Shown here piece after piece: positions 43,691 through 56,718 of a DNA stretch of 64,000 nt. The DNA comes from Prochlorococcus sp. AG-402-K14. GTDB taxonomy: Bacteria; Cyanobacteriota; Cyanobacteriia; PCC-6307; Cyanobiaceae. The notes beneath the pieces are model-generated. The model was not told where the DNA came from. It ran no database searches and saw only the letters and a program-made list of their open reading frames with translations. The translations under genes were made by a program, and so were the position numbers. The stretch spans positions 3,571-67,570 of the forward strand of contig QCIG01000007.1 in assembly GCA_003216815.1 (NCBI GenBank), read 5' to 3'. How positions within the stretch are numbered: position 1 is the stretch's first letter; each line of letters opens with the position of its first letter.

Positions 43691-46492
43691 GTGATAGAGC
43701 GGGCAAAAACTACAAAATTATCTGAAGCCTCAAGGCTTCCTAAAACATATGATCCAGCTGGTACTGAAAATCGCTGGCAAAAAGCTTGGGAAGAAAAAGG
43801 AGCTTTTAAACCTGATCCAGCAGCCCATGGAGATCCGTTCTCAGTAGTTATACCGCCTCCAAATGTCACAGGCAGTCTGCATATGGGGCATGCTTTTAAT
43901 ACTGCTTTAATCGATACAGTTGTCAGGTATAAAAGATTAAAAGGAAATAATGTTCTTTGTCTTCCAGGAACAGACCATGCTTCAATTGCAGTTCAAACTA
44001 TTCTCGAGAGACAACTGAAGGAAGAAGGCATAAATCGTCGTGATCTGGGTAGAATTTCTTTTTTGGAAAAAGCTTGGGAGTGGAAAGAAAAAAGTGGCGG
44101 AAGGATTGTTGATCAATTAAAGCGTTTAGGATATTCCGTAGACTGGAGTAGAGAGAGATTTACTTTGGATGAGGGCCTGAGTAAAGCTGTTTCCGAGGCA
44201 TTTGTTCGTTTATATGAGAAGGGATTGATCTATAGAGGAGAATATTTAGTGAATTGGTGCCCTGCTTCTGGTTCGGCTGTGAGTGATTTAGAAGTGGAAA
44301 TGAAAGAAGTTGAAGGACATCTTTGGCATTTTCGATATCCGTTAGTCACATCATCTTTATCAAGTGCAAAAAAAATTAGTTACTTAGAAGTGGCGACTAC
44401 ACGTCCTGAGACGATGCTTGGTGATGTCGCAGTTGCTGTGAACCCATCAGATGAGAGGTACAAAGATCTCATAGGGGAGAAACTTACTTTGCCTCTAGTT
44501 GGTAGAACTATTCCCATTATTGGAGACCCCCATGTAGATAAAGAATTTGGAACAGGATGTGTAAAAGTTACTCCAGCTCATGATCCTAATGATTTTGAGA
44601 TAGGTCAAAGACATGATTTACCTCAAATAACAGTCATGACTAAAAAAGGAACTATGAATCATAACGCAGGTCAATTTGAAGGCTTGGATCGTTTTGATGC
44701 TCGTGAAGCTGTTGTTGATTCTTTAAAGGAAATTGGTCTTTTAACAAAGATTGAAGCTTATAAACATAGTGTTCCTTTCTCTGATAGAGGGAAAGTACCG
44801 GTGGAGCCATTGCTTTCCACTCAGTGGTTTGTCAAAATGGATCCCCTCGCTACTAATTGTTCTGAATTTTTTGATCAAGGACAACCTAAATTTATTCCTA
44901 ATAGATGGTCTAAAGTTTATCGAGATTGGTTAACTGATATTAGAGATTGGTGTATTAGCAGACAATTGTGGTGGGGACATCGCATTCCAGCTTGGTTTAT
45001 TATTAGTCAAACAGATAATAAAGTTGTTAATGAAACACCATATATTGTTGCTCGAACAGAGGATGAAGCGAAGAAATTAGCACGAGAAAAATATGGAGAT
45101 TCAGTCAAAATTGAGCAAGATGAAGATGTTCTAGATACGTGGTTTTCTAGTGGATTATGGCCTTTTTCGACATTGGGTTGGCCTGATGAAACACATCCTG
45201 ATTTTCAACGTTGGTATCCCACAAATACCCTAGTTACTGGCTTTGACATTATTTTCTTTTGGGTAGCAAGAATGACAATGATGGCTGGAGTCTTTACGGA
45301 GAAAATGCCATTTTCTGATGTCTATATTCATGGACTTGTTAGAGATGAGCAGAATCGAAAAATGAGTAAAAGTGCAGGAAATGGTATTGATCCTTTATTA
45401 CTAATAGATAAGTATGGAACTGATGCTTTGAGGTTTGCTCTTGTTCGTGAAGTTGCCGGTGCGGGCCAAGATATACGTCTTGACTTTGATCGTAAAAATC
45501 AAACATCAGCAACTGTTGAGGCCTCTAGAAATTTTGCTAACAAGCTTTGGAATGCAACTAGGTTTGCTCTTATCAATCTTGAGGATCAAGATTATGAAAA
45601 TTTGGGGGAATATGATTCATCTAAGTTGCAATTATCAGATAAGTGGATTTTATCAAGACTTGCTAGAGTGAATCGTGAGACTGCTAATCGATATGAAAAT
45701 TATGCTTTAGGAGAAGCAGCTAAGGGACTATATGAATTTGCTTGGAATGATTTTTGTGATTGGTATTTAGAACTAATTAAACGTCGATTAAATAGCTCAG
45801 ATAATCTTTCTCCCGATGAATTATTAGATCAAAAAATAGCGAAAAGCATCTTATACAAAGTTTTAAGTGATCTTTTGATTATGCTCCATCCTCTAATGCC
45901 TCATTTAACAGAGGAGCTTTGGCATGGATTAACAGGTTTAGCTGAAGATCAATTTCTAGCTTTGCAGCCTTGGCCACAATTAAATGAACAAGACTTGGAT
46001 ATCGATTTAGAGAGCTCTTTCTCTGATTTATTTGCATCTATCAGATTGATTCGCAATTTACGAGCAGTTGCTGGGTTGAAACCCTCTCAAAAAGTTCCTG
46101 TTATGTTGGTTTCTGGTCAGGAGGTTTTGCAGAACACTTTAAAAACATCAATCAATGATATTGCTGTTTTGACCAAGGCCCAAGAGGTCCAAATATTATC
46201 TCCAGAGCAAGCCAAATCATTACCTTCTCTGAAAGCTTTAGCAGGGGTAAGTGGAGATTTAGAGGTGGTTTTGCCCATTGAAGGATTGATAGATATTGCT
46301 TCTTTACGATCCAGGCTTGAAAAAGATTTAAATAAAGCACAAAAGGAAATAGACAGTCTCTCTGGCCGTCTAGCGAATAAAAATTTTGTTGATAAAGCTC
46401 CCGCAGATGTTGTTGAGGAATGCAGAGCAAACTTAACGGAGTCAGAAGCGCAAGTCCGTTTAGTCAAAGAGCGTCTATTGGGGTTGGATTGA
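43691..46492 (+). CDS. valS: Valine-tRNA ligase
   Basis: Motifs [25 protein letters not shown] and KMSKS; C-terminal coiled coil. Confidence 0.99.
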   Translation: MIERAKTTKLSEASRLPKTYDPAGTENRWQKAWEEKGAFKPDPAAHGDPFSVVIPPPNVTGSLHMGHAFNTALIDTVVRYKRLKGNNVLCLPGTDHASIAVQTILERQLKEEGINRRDLGRISFLEKAWEWKEKSGGRIVDQLKRLGYSVDWSRERFTLDEGLSKAVSEAFVRLYEKGLIYRGEYLVNWCPASGSAVSDLEVEMKEVEGHLWHFRYPLVTSSLSSAKKISYLEVATTRPETMLGDVAVAVNPSDERYKDLIGEKLTLPLVGRTIPIIGDPHVDKEFGTGCVKVTPAHDPNDFEIGQRHDLPQITVMTKKGTMNHNAGQFEGLDRFDAREAVVDSLKEIGLLTKIEAYKHSVPFSDRGKVPVEPLLSTQWFVKMDPLATNCSEFFDQGQPKFIPNRWSKVYRDWLTDIRDWCISRQLWWGHRIPAWFIISQTDNKVVNETPYIVARTEDEAKKLAREKYGDSVKIEQDEDVLDTWFSSGLWPFSTLGWPDETHPDFQRWYPTNTLVTGFDIIFFWVARMTMMAGVFTEKMPFSDVYIHGLVRDEQNRKMSKSAGNGIDPLLLIDKYGTDALRFALVREVAGAGQDIRLDFDRKNQTSATVEASRNFANKLWNATRFALINLEDQDYENLGEYDSSKLQLSDKWILSRLARVNRETANRYENYALGEAAKGLYEFAWNDFCDWYLELIKRRLNSSDNLSPDELLDQKIAKSILYKVLSDLLIMLHPLMPHLTEELWHGLTGLAEDQFLALQPWPQLNEQDLDIDLESSFSDLFASIRLIRNLRAVAGLKPSQKVPVMLVSGQEVLQNTLKTSINDIAVLTKAQEVQILSPEQAKSLPSLKALAGVSGDLEVVLPIEGLIDIASLRSRLEKDLNKAQKEIDSLSGRLANKNFVDKAPADVVEECRANLTESEAQVRLVKERLLGLD

Positions 46493-46504
46493 TCTTTTTC
46501 AATT

Positions 46505-47125
46505 ATGTCTCATAACTTAGAAACTCTGGTTAATAATTTCATTCCTTTTTTAAGTAGCCCTTTTGGAATTTTTGTTTTTGCTTTGGTGTATGTTTTTTGG
46601 GTGTCTTGTTTGCTGCCAGGCTCATGGCTTTCCATGTTGTCTGGCTTTCTTTATGGAACTTGGCTAGGCAGCTTAATTGTTTTTTTAGGGGCTTTTATTG
46701 GAGCTCATCTAACTTTTTATTTAGGTAGGACTTTTTTAAGAGATTGGGCTCAAACAAAGGTCTCAAGTTTTCCACAAATTCAACTAATGGAGAAGGCTGT
46801 CAAGCGCGAGGGACTTAAAGTAATTCTTTTAACTAGACTTTCTCCTCTTTTTCCATTTGGTTTACTGAATTTTACATATGGGTTGAGTGAGGTAAAAGTT
46901 TTGGATTTTACTTTTGGAATGATTGGTATCATACCTGGGACAATTTTATATTGTAGTTTAGGTTCATTAGCACTTAAAGTTTCAAATTTTGGGGATGTAC
47001 TTTCAGGAAGGTCTGAGACAAGTTCTTTTATTTGGAGCTTAATTAGTATTTGTTCAACAATTTTAGTTGTTATTTTAATTATTCGTTCAACGAGAAAAAT
47101 TAATAAGGATTCTCTCAATCCTTAG
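46505..47125 (+). CDS. TVP38/DedA (SNARE-associated) membrane protein
   Basis: Motifs LLPGS, RLSPLFPFGLLNF and GIIPGT. Confidence 0.9.
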   Translation: MSHNLETLVNNFIPFLSSPFGIFVFALVYVFWVSCLLPGSWLSMLSGFLYGTWLGSLIVFLGAFIGAHLTFYLGRTFLRDWAQTKVSSFPQIQLMEKAVKREGLKVILLTRLSPLFPFGLLNFTYGLSEVKVLDFTFGMIGIIPGTILYCSLGSLALKVSNFGDVLSGRSETSSFIWSLISICSTILVVILIIRSTRKINKDSLNP

Positions 47126-47126
47126 A

Positions 47127-47285
47127 TTAATCTTTGGCTTTGAAATTCCAATCTTCAATCGTAGCAAATACTATAAACCAATACAGTCTGATGCGATTAA
47201 ATGTTCCTTTCTTTGAAGCTAACATTTCATACTTTGCTCGGCCACATTCTGTTTTAATTAATGAGAAGATACGAAGCTTATTCAT
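47127..47285 (-). CDS. 52-aa hypothetical protein downstream of ligA (not in ORF track)
   Basis: Manual translation: MNKLRIFSLIKTECGRAKYEMLASKKGTFNRIRLYWFIVFATIEDWNFKAKD*. Starts 20 bp after the ligA stop and fills the gap. Confidence 0.6.
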   Translation of the reverse strand: MNKLRIFSLIKTECGRAKYEMLASKKGTFNRIRLYWFIVFATIEDWNFKAKD

Positions 47286-47305
47286 GTTTTTGGTGTTTAC
47301 TCTTT

Positions 47306-49393
<2,088 letters not shown>

Positions 49394-49411
49394 TTATAAC
49401 ATGTTTCTTCA

Positions 49412-49834
49412 TTATGTATTTGCTTTCGCAATACGATCGATTTGCCAATTTTCTTCAATTTTAATAAAAGTAAAGTCAAGAGGCATTTCATTTTTTTTAT
49501 CTTCCGATTTTAAGTTCAGCGTAAGCATTATTTGATTATCTTCTATTCTTGGACGTCCTGATTTCAAGTTTCTGTATCGGTTTAATTGCAAGCTACCTAA
49601 AAATTTTATGAAATCTTGTCTATTGACATGTTGTTTATAAGCTTTAGTAGTAAGTCTATAGGCGCCATCAATTCGACCTGCAGCAATTTGATCAAAAAAC
49701 TTTTTAACAAGAGGATTGATACCTCTGGCACTAATTACAAGTTTAATTGCATTAAAGGTCCAAAAAAGCAGAAGTGCCCCTACCCCTACTAGGAGAGCTT
49801 TTATTCCGATTGCTTTGATTAGAGCACTATCCAT
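49412..49834 (-). CDS. Membrane-anchored hypothetical protein (possible NTF2-like domain)
   Basis: N-terminal TM; FFDQIAAGRIDGAYRL; ends FIKIEENWQIDRI. Confidence 0.75.
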   Translation of the reverse strand: MDSALIKAIGIKALLVGVGALLLFWTFNAIKLVISARGINPLVKKFFDQIAAGRIDGAYRLTTKAYKQHVNRQDFIKFLGSLQLNRYRNLKSGRPRIEDNQIMLTLNLKSEDKKNEMPLDFTFIKIEENWQIDRIAKANT

Positions 49835-49952
49835 TTGGTTGATTCCGATTAATTAGAGATTCTGACTTATTAGCTATGAGATTAGCTTGTTTGTGCTTGA
49901 TAGTCAGACAGAATGTTATCGGAATAATAAAGCTAATGAGTTTTCTACATCA

Positions 49953-50501
49953 ATGTCTTTAATACCTGTATTGCCATTATTTCTTAAATTAAACAGACAA
50001 TATTTTCAAAATTCTTTGTTTGATAAAGGAGTTCCTAAAGTCTCTGTTCGTTGGAGTGATGGTCGGATGCGAACTACTGCAGGGATGTATAGACGTAAGA
50101 CTAATCTTTTTGGCGTTAAAGCTAGTGAAATAATTTTATCTAAACCAGTATTGGAGAATCTTCCAGCAAAGGCATTAATGAGTACCCTTTGCCACGAAAT
50201 GATTCATGCCTGGGTTGATCTTGTACTGAAAGTTGAAGAGGCACATGGGCCTAATTTTCAGAGGCGCATGGAAGAGATCAATTCCTCTCAAACTGATTTT
50301 CAGGTATCTGTTCGTCATTCTTTTCCGCTATCAAAAAAAACTCCTAAGTGGGTGGCGACTTGTCCTTTATGTAAAAGAAGTGTCTCTTACAGACGTATTG
50401 TCAAAGGAGCTGCTTGTCGACAATGTTGCCAAACATTTTTTGAAGGCCAATGGGATGAAAAATGCTTACTTATTTACCAACCTTTTTCTGAAGTCAAATA
50501 A
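49953..50501 (+). CDS. SprT-family zinc metalloprotease (start probably ATG 49953)
   Basis: RMRTTAG, LCHEMIH (HExxH), HGPNF and CPLC...CRQC. Confidence 0.88.
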   Translation: MSLIPVLPLFLKLNRQYFQNSLFDKGVPKVSVRWSDGRMRTTAGMYRRKTNLFGVKASEIILSKPVLENLPAKALMSTLCHEMIHAWVDLVLKVEEAHGPNFQRRMEEINSSQTDFQVSVRHSFPLSKKTPKWVATCPLCKRSVSYRRIVKGAACRQCCQTFFEGQWDEKCLLIYQPFSEVK

Positions 50502-50597
50502 ATAATTTTTTTTCTTTATTGGCGTTTGTTTAAACTTTTAGAAAATTTCATTATTAAGGTGTTTCATTATTTGGTTTGAAGGCGTTAAATTCAATAA

Positions 50598-51128
50598 ATG
50601 AGCTCTTATAGAAATCGTAATCAAAGTCGTCAGCGATCTAGAGATCCCCTGGATCGCAGAATGGACAAATGGATAGAAACTGGAAAACAAGTAGTTGATG
50701 GAGTTGCAGGAAATCGCCCTGGTCAAAAGAAGGGAAGGTGGCAAGCTACAGCAACCGCACCTAACTTTGAAAAAGTTGGTCGTTGGATGGAAGAGAAAAT
50801 CGATTGGTTTTTTGAGGATGATGATGATTGGTTGGACAATGAGGAGTCAGATAATGATCTTTTTCAAGAAAGTATTGTAAATACCAAAAAACCCTTAGGT
50901 GCTATCTCATTACGAGCTCCTAAAGCCTTGCCTCCTCGAAGTGATGAAAAAAGTAATAATCAAAAGAAAATAGATGAATGGCCAGATGATCAATCTTTTA
51001 GACTGAACAAATGGGAAAGAAAAGATAACTTCCTTCAACAAGATGAAAAGGATTCCAACGACTCTTTTCACAATGAGCGATCAATAAGAAGGAGAAACTT
51101 TCCACGATCTAGTCGGAGAAAATACTAG
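50598..51128 (+). CDS. Charged, probably disordered hypothetical protein
   Basis: 176-aa ATG ORF with Arg-rich ends and Trp/acidic blocks. Confidence 0.75.
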   Translation: MSSYRNRNQSRQRSRDPLDRRMDKWIETGKQVVDGVAGNRPGQKKGRWQATATAPNFEKVGRWMEEKIDWFFEDDDDWLDNEESDNDLFQESIVNTKKPLGAISLRAPKALPPRSDEKSNNQKKIDEWPDDQSFRLNKWERKDNFLQQDEKDSNDSFHNERSIRRRNFPRSSRRKY

Positions 51129-51134
51129 TTTTTG

Positions 51135-51722
51135 TTAAAAAGCTTTTCTTGGTATTGGTCCTAACCATTTTTCTAACTTTGGGCTGAAAACCTCTCTAAT
51201 GACAGTTAATTCTTTTTGTTGGCGAAAAAATCGATAATGTCTGCTCCAAAAAGGACCTTCTTCTTCAAATTCTAATTTAAGCCAATTGGCATTTACTAAT
51301 GCTAATCCGTCCACCTCTCTAAAGAGCTCTGACCGTCCTTGTGTAAGGCTTTTCCAGATTGGTTGATTCTTATTTTGCAGATGTTTTGCTGCTTCTTGAT
51401 AATTCCACCAGCTTTCAGCCCATGCCAAAGTTAAGTCTCCACAAATAAGCCAAACTTGTCTTCGTAGCAAAGGTGGCTCTAGCTCATGGACTTCTTCTGG
51501 CACTCCATTTTGATTATTAATTTCCCTAGCCATTGATATAACCTTTATGGCAACTTCATGACCTGTTAATAGCTTGAGATGTCTTGTTGGACTTCCATCC
51601 CCCAAGAGCATTAATTGCCATGGACCAGAGAGTTTTTGATTGCCTTTGCCTGAAAGAACATTTTCTTTTGATGCTTTCCAAATGACTTCAGGCGAACAAA
51701 ATTGAGATTGATTTGAATTCAC
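51135..51722 (-). CDS. Chorismate pyruvate-lyase-like protein (DUF98/Ycf21)
   Basis: LLGDGSPTRHL, LRRQVWL, AESWW, WSRHY and IREVFSP. Confidence 0.85.
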   Translation of the reverse strand: MNSNQSQFCSPEVIWKASKENVLSGKGNQKLSGPWQLMLLGDGSPTRHLKLLTGHEVAIKVISMAREINNQNGVPEEVHELEPPLLRRQVWLICGDLTLAWAESWWNYQEAAKHLQNKNQPIWKSLTQGRSELFREVDGLALVNANWLKLEFEEEGPFWSRHYRFFRQQKELTVIREVFSPKLEKWLGPIPRKAF

Positions 51723-51724
51723 TT

Positions 51725-53701
51725 TTATAAGCTGTTTAATTTAAGTGGGTACTTTTTTTCTCCTTTTTTCATTTGCTCTATTTTTAACCATACAAGAAGT
51801 GCCGTGAGGTCTGCTTTGCTTACCCCTGGAAGTTGCGCAGCATGACCAAGGCTTGTGGGTTGAGAAATAGTTAATTTTTCTCTGGCTTCTTTAGAAAGAG
51901 TTTTTATATCATTGTAGTTTAAATTTTTCGGCAATAATTTTTTACTTTGCTGCTTTAATTGATTTATTTGAGCTTTTTGTCTTTCTAAATAACCACTATA
52001 TTTGATATCTATCTCGACTCCTTCTTGAACATCCAAAGGGATATTTTCTTTTGTTAATTTATAATCTATTAAGTCTTTATAATGTATATTTGTTCTTCTA
52101 AGAAAATTGGCCAAGGTTATAGAACCTTTAATTTGCGTTCCTGTTTTGGCATATACTTCTTTTGCACAATCAGCACTTTCTTTAATTCTTTCGTTCTCTA
52201 GTCTTAATTTCTCTTTATTGATTAATTGTTGCTTGGCATCATAGATTTTCCATCTTCTTTCATCTATTAAACCTAATTTGTAACCTAATGGAGTCAATCT
52301 TCTGTCCGCATTATCACCTCTAAGAATTAATCGATATTCGCTTCTACTAGTTAATACTCTATATGGTTCTTTTAAGTCTTTTGTTACTAAATCGTCAATC
52401 ATCGTTCCTATATAACTACTTTCTCTGTTAAAACAAACTCTCTCTTCATTGTTTATATATTTTGCTGCATTTAAACCTGCTACTAAACCTTGAGCAGCAG
52501 CCTCTTCATATCCAGTTGTTCCATTTAATTGTCCTGCACTAAAAAGGCCACCTATTTTTTTTGTCTCTAATGTTGCTTCCAATTGAGTCGCTGGTATGTA
52601 GTCATATTCCACTGCATAAGCGGGTCTGAGCATAACGCATTTTTCTAAACCTGGAAGAGTTCTTAAAAGTTCTAATTGTAAGTTTTCAGGAAGTCCTGTC
52701 GAGAAACCTTGAACATAGATTTCGGGAGTATCTCTTCCTTCGGGTTCCAAGAAAATTTGGTGTGAATCTTTGTCAGCAAAACGTACGATTTTATCTTCAA
52801 TAGATGGGCAATATCGGGGACCTTTACTATCAATAAAACCTCCATAAATAGGGGTTAAATGAAGATTATTTTTAATCAGTTGGTGAGTTGCTTGTGTCGT
52901 TCGCGTGATGTGACAACTCATTTGATCTCCGCTTTTCCATGAAAGTGGATCAAAAGAAAAGAATTTGTTTGAAGCATCGCTTAATTGCTCCTCGAGAGAA
53001 TCAAAATCAATACTTCTTCTATCTACTCTCGCAGGGGTTCCTGTCTTTAAGCGATCAGTGGTAAAACCTAATTTTTGTAATTCTTCCGTTAAACCTTCCG
53101 AGGCCTGCTCTCCTGCGCGACCTGCATTCATAGATTTATTACCAATCCAAATTTTCCCTCCTAAAAAAGTTCCTGTTGTAAGGACAACTGCTTTTGCATG
53201 AAACACACTTCCAAAATAGGTTTTTATTCCTTTTATGTATCCGATTTTTTCTTTAACGTCAGATCTGTTTTTTTCAAGATTGTCCTGATGGTGCTCAATT
53301 TCTAGCCCTGTAACCATTGCCTCTCTAATCTTAAGATTTTGAGTATTTTGAAGGATTTTGAGCATTTCATTTGAATATAAACGCTTATCTGTTTGTGCTC
53401 TTAGTGCTCTAACTGCAGGCCCTCTACTTGCATTAAGTACTCTTTTTTGGAGAGCAGTTAAATCTGCTAATTTTCCAATTACCCCGCCTAGAGCATCAAC
53501 TTCATGAACTAGTTGACTTTTCGCTGGTCCTCCCACAGCAGGGTTACATGGTTGCCATGCAATACGATCTAAATTGAGTGTGAACAAAGCAGTATTCATA
53601 CCCATTCTTGCTGAAGTCAGCGCTGCTTCGCAGCCTGCATGACCACCTCCTACAACGATTACATCAAAACTTTCATTTGAGCATTGCTTAGTAATCATCA
53701 A
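51725..53701 (-). CDS. mnmG: tRNA uridine-5-carboxymethylaminomethyl modification enzyme
   Basis: Motifs [40 protein letters not shown] and [13 protein letters not shown]. Confidence 0.99.
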   Translation of the reverse strand: MMITKQCSNESFDVIVVGGGHAGCEAALTSARMGMNTALFTLNLDRIAWQPCNPAVGGPAKSQLVHEVDALGGVIGKLADLTALQKRVLNASRGPAVRALRAQTDKRLYSNEMLKILQNTQNLKIREAMVTGLEIEHHQDNLEKNRSDVKEKIGYIKGIKTYFGSVFHAKAVVLTTGTFLGGKIWIGNKSMNAGRAGEQASEGLTEELQKLGFTTDRLKTGTPARVDRRSIDFDSLEEQLSDASNKFFSFDPLSWKSGDQMSCHITRTTQATHQLIKNNLHLTPIYGGFIDSKGPRYCPSIEDKIVRFADKDSHQIFLEPEGRDTPEIYVQGFSTGLPENLQLELLRTLPGLEKCVMLRPAYAVEYDYIPATQLEATLETKKIGGLFSAGQLNGTTGYEEAAAQGLVAGLNAAKYINNEERVCFNRESSYIGTMIDDLVTKDLKEPYRVLTSRSEYRLILRGDNADRRLTPLGYKLGLIDERRWKIYDAKQQLINKEKLRLENERIKESADCAKEVYAKTGTQIKGSITLANFLRRTNIHYKDLIDYKLTKENIPLDVQEGVEIDIKYSGYLERQKAQINQLKQQSKKLLPKNLNYNDIKTLSKEAREKLTISQPTSLGHAAQLPGVSKADLTALLVWLKIEQMKKGEKKYPLKLNSL

Positions 53702-53732
53702 TTGAGTATATAGAAAATTAATTCTTTAAAAA

Positions 53733-55151
53733 TTAAGCAGCAAGATTTCTGAATCTCGTGAACTGAGGTTCAAACAGTAATTTAACTGTTCCAATAGGCC
53801 CATTTCTGTGTTTTGTCACGATTACTTCTGTAATGCCTCTATCTGTGGTTTCTGGATTGTAATACTCATCTCGATAAATCATTAGAACTAAGTCCGCGTC
53901 CTGCTCTATTGAGCCAGATTCACGGAGATCACTTAGCATTGGCCTTTTATTGGTTCTTGATTCAACTCCTCTACTTAATTGAGATAAAGCGATGACAGGG
54001 ACTTTTAGTTCTCTTGCCATACCCTTTAGACCCCGAGTAATTCTTGAGATTTCTTGAACTCGATTATCAGGTGAAGTACCTTCCATCAGTTGCAGATAAT
54101 CAATCACAATTAGGCCTAGTTCTTTACCTTGCTCAGCAATTAAGCGTCGGCAGAGTGATCTCATTTCAAGAACGCTTGAATTTGGTTTATCGTCGATAAA
54201 TATTGGTAATTGACCAAGTGTATTAATACCTTGCCCTAGTAATGGCCATTCATCTTGTTGCAAACGTCCGGTTCTTAATCTACTGCTTTCAATACCTACT
54301 TCGCTTGATAGAAGTCTGTATGTCAGTTGCTCTTTACTCATCTCAAGACTAAATACACAAACAGGTAAGTCATGCAGTTGAGCTACGTTTTTAGCAAGAT
54401 TTAGAACAATTGAAGTTTTCCCCATTGCTGGTCTTCCTGCGACAATGATTAAATCGCTTCTCTGTAGTCCTTGAGTCATTGCATCCAGATCGTAAAAATT
54501 AACTGGTATGCCAGCAACTGAGGTGCCAAGTGATCTACTTTCTATTTCATTGAAAGTGCTTGTGAGAATTTCTGCAGTAGGCGTCAAACCTTTTGATGGT
54601 TGCTCTTGGCTTATGGCAAAAATCTTTTGTTCAGCTTGATCAATGGCTTCTTCCATGGGGAGAGTTTGATCAAAACCTAATTTGATTACATCATTGCCAG
54701 ATTTGATTAATTGTCTGCGTAGAAATTTATCGCTAATTAATTTAGCAACTTGTTCAATTGAGGCTGTTGATGTAACCCTCTCAACTAGTTCAACTAATCG
54801 ACTATTTCCGCCAATTTTTTCTAAGGAATTTGTATCGGCTAACCACGCACTCATTGCTGTTAAATCTGTTGGTTTGCCTTGGCTATGAAGCATTAAGGCA
54901 GTTCTATATATTTCGCGATGGGCAGATATATAAAAAGCTTCAGGTTGTAATAAATCTGCTATTCGTCCAATTGCGTCAGGATCCAACAAGATACCACCTA
55001 GAACAGATTCTTCTGCTTCCAAATTTTGTGGTGGTATTTGGTCAGGTTGTGCTTCAAAACTAGGCTTATCAATCTTGGAATTCTTAAACGTTCCAAAATC
55101 TCTAGATTGTTTTGAAAAATCCCCGTTATTTGAAGAGGGGGTGCTGATCAT
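53733..55151 (-). CDS. dnaB: Replicative DNA helicase
   Basis: Motifs AGRPAMGKT, FSLEM, IDYLQL and SDLRESGSIEQDAD; no intein. Confidence 0.99.
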   Translation of the reverse strand: MISTPSSNNGDFSKQSRDFGTFKNSKIDKPSFEAQPDQIPPQNLEAEESVLGGILLDPDAIGRIADLLQPEAFYISAHREIYRTALMLHSQGKPTDLTAMSAWLADTNSLEKIGGNSRLVELVERVTSTASIEQVAKLISDKFLRRQLIKSGNDVIKLGFDQTLPMEEAIDQAEQKIFAISQEQPSKGLTPTAEILTSTFNEIESRSLGTSVAGIPVNFYDLDAMTQGLQRSDLIIVAGRPAMGKTSIVLNLAKNVAQLHDLPVCVFSLEMSKEQLTYRLLSSEVGIESSRLRTGRLQQDEWPLLGQGINTLGQLPIFIDDKPNSSVLEMRSLCRRLIAEQGKELGLIVIDYLQLMEGTSPDNRVQEISRITRGLKGMARELKVPVIALSQLSRGVESRTNKRPMLSDLRESGSIEQDADLVLMIYRDEYYNPETTDRGITEVIVTKHRNGPIGTVKLLFEPQFTRFRNLAA

Positions 55152-55208
55152 TTATTGCTTGTTTAACAAGGACACCTACTTTGGCTTGTTCAGGCAAAGA
55201 TGCAACTA

Positions 55209-55667
55209 TTAGTAACTTGTAACTTCAAGGTTTATTTCTGCATTTACTTCACTATGAAGCTTGATTTGTACTTTGTATTTACCAACACCATGAATCTCAG
55301 GAACAGATATATCTCTTCGATCTATTTCTTTTTTAGTAGCCTCTTTTACTACTTCAGCAACATCACCATTTGTCACTGTTCCAAATAACACTCCATCTTC
55401 ACCAACTTGTTTTTTGACTGTAAATCTTCCAATAGTTTTAAGAGCTGTTTGAAAATCAATTGCTTCTTGCTTTTTAGCAGCCTCTTGTTCAGCTTGTTTT
55501 GCTCTGCGATGTTCAACTTGTTTTAAAACAGTTGCAGTGACTGGTAATGCTTTTTTGTTTGGTAATAAAAAGTTTCTTGCAAAGCCAGGAGAGACTTCAA
55601 CAAGATCACCGTCTTTACCAAGACTTTTGATGTCTTCATTCAGGACAACTTGAACTCGCTTAGCCAT
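55209..55667 (-). CDS. rplI: 50S ribosomal protein L9
   Basis: [21 protein letters not shown]; LFGTVT. Confidence 0.98.
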   Translation of the reverse strand: MAKRVQVVLNEDIKSLGKDGDLVEVSPGFARNFLLPNKKALPVTATVLKQVEHRRAKQAEQEAAKKQEAIDFQTALKTIGRFTVKKQVGEDGVLFGTVTNGDVAEVVKEATKKEIDRRDISVPEIHGVGKYKVQIKLHSEVNAEINLEVTSY

Positions 55668-55709
55668 GGATTGAAAATGATTTAAAGCTATTTAATCTTG
55701 TTAATAATC

Positions 55710-56639
55710 TTACGATGCGATAGGCAGTCTAATTTTTTTAGCTAGACCCAGTGCTTTTAAAAAACGTATATGCTGCCATGTTAGATCAATTTGGTTTTTT
55801 TGAAGACCATGCTTGGCTGAGTTTGGGAAAGCATGATGATTATTGTGCCACCCTTCTCCGAATGTTAGTGCCGCTACCCATTTATTATTTTTTGAATTAT
55901 CTCCACTGTCATAGGCAGTAGTCCCCCAACAGTGAGTTGCTGAATTGACTAGCCAAGTGATGTGATAAACAAAAACTAGTCTCAGAGGAATTCCCCATAG
56001 GACCATTGCCCATCCTCCAACACCAGTTGATTGACCAATTAAAAAAAGTGTTGCTCCTAAAGGGATTTGCAAGAGGAGAAAATTTTTGTTTAAGAAGCGA
56101 TAGTAAGGATCTTTGATTAAATCTCCAGAAAGTCTTGGGACTGCTTTCATGGCAGGCACATCTTCAAACATCCATCCCATGTGACTCCACCAAAAACCTT
56201 TATTACTATCATGATGATCCGCTTCAGTATCAGAAAAAGTATGATGATGTCTGTGAAGACCAACCCAATCAATTGGACCATGCTGGCAACTTAATGCTCC
56301 ACAAGTTGCAAAAAATCTCTCAAGCCATTTTGGAACTTGAAAAGAACGGTGAGAAAGAAGGCGATGATATCCCGTAGTTACTCCCAAGCATGCAGTTAAC
56401 CAATACAAGAAAATAAATCCAGAAAAAGCTTGCCAGCTCCAAAATTTGGCTTGCAAAGTAAATATTGTTAAAGCGTGTATTGTGAACATGAATATGACTG
56501 TTCCCCATCTTTTTTTAGCTCTTAGAAGTTGAATCCGTCTTGGTACATGTCCCTGGAGCTTCTTCGACGCGGCCATCGCTTTATCGGCAGCAATTGGTTT
56601 TTTTAATGGAGCCGACGCCTCGATTAAACTGGAAACCAT
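55710..56639 (-). CDS. desC: Delta-9 acyl-lipid desaturase
   Basis: His boxes HRLLSH, HRHHH and HNNHH; WLVNSATH. Confidence 0.93.
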   Translation of the reverse strand: MVSSLIEASAPLKKPIAADKAMAASKKLQGHVPRRIQLLRAKKRWGTVIFMFTIHALTIFTLQAKFWSWQAFSGFIFLYWLTACLGVTTGYHRLLSHRSFQVPKWLERFFATCGALSCQHGPIDWVGLHRHHHTFSDTEADHHDSNKGFWWSHMGWMFEDVPAMKAVPRLSGDLIKDPYYRFLNKNFLLLQIPLGATLFLIGQSTGVGGWAMVLWGIPLRLVFVYHITWLVNSATHCWGTTAYDSGDNSKNNKWVAALTFGEGWHNNHHAFPNSAKHGLQKNQIDLTWQHIRFLKALGLAKKIRLPIAS

Positions 56640-56653
56640 TAGTGATCAGTCTA

Positions 56654-56678
56654 CTTAACGTATATAATATACGATAAG
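56654..56678. promoter_or_regulatory. 25-bp palindrome, candidate operator, containing TATAAT
   Basis: CTTAACGTATAT-A-ATATACGATAAG with 11 of 12 positions symmetric; TATAAT at 56663-56668. Confidence 0.6.
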
Positions 56679-56718
56679 GATCCTAATCAGGCCTATTTAT
56701 CAATCTTGAACGTGATTT

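Noticed and set aside
53733-55151. Intein in DnaB
   Set aside because: 472 aa with the SDLRESGSIEQD insertion region uninterrupted.
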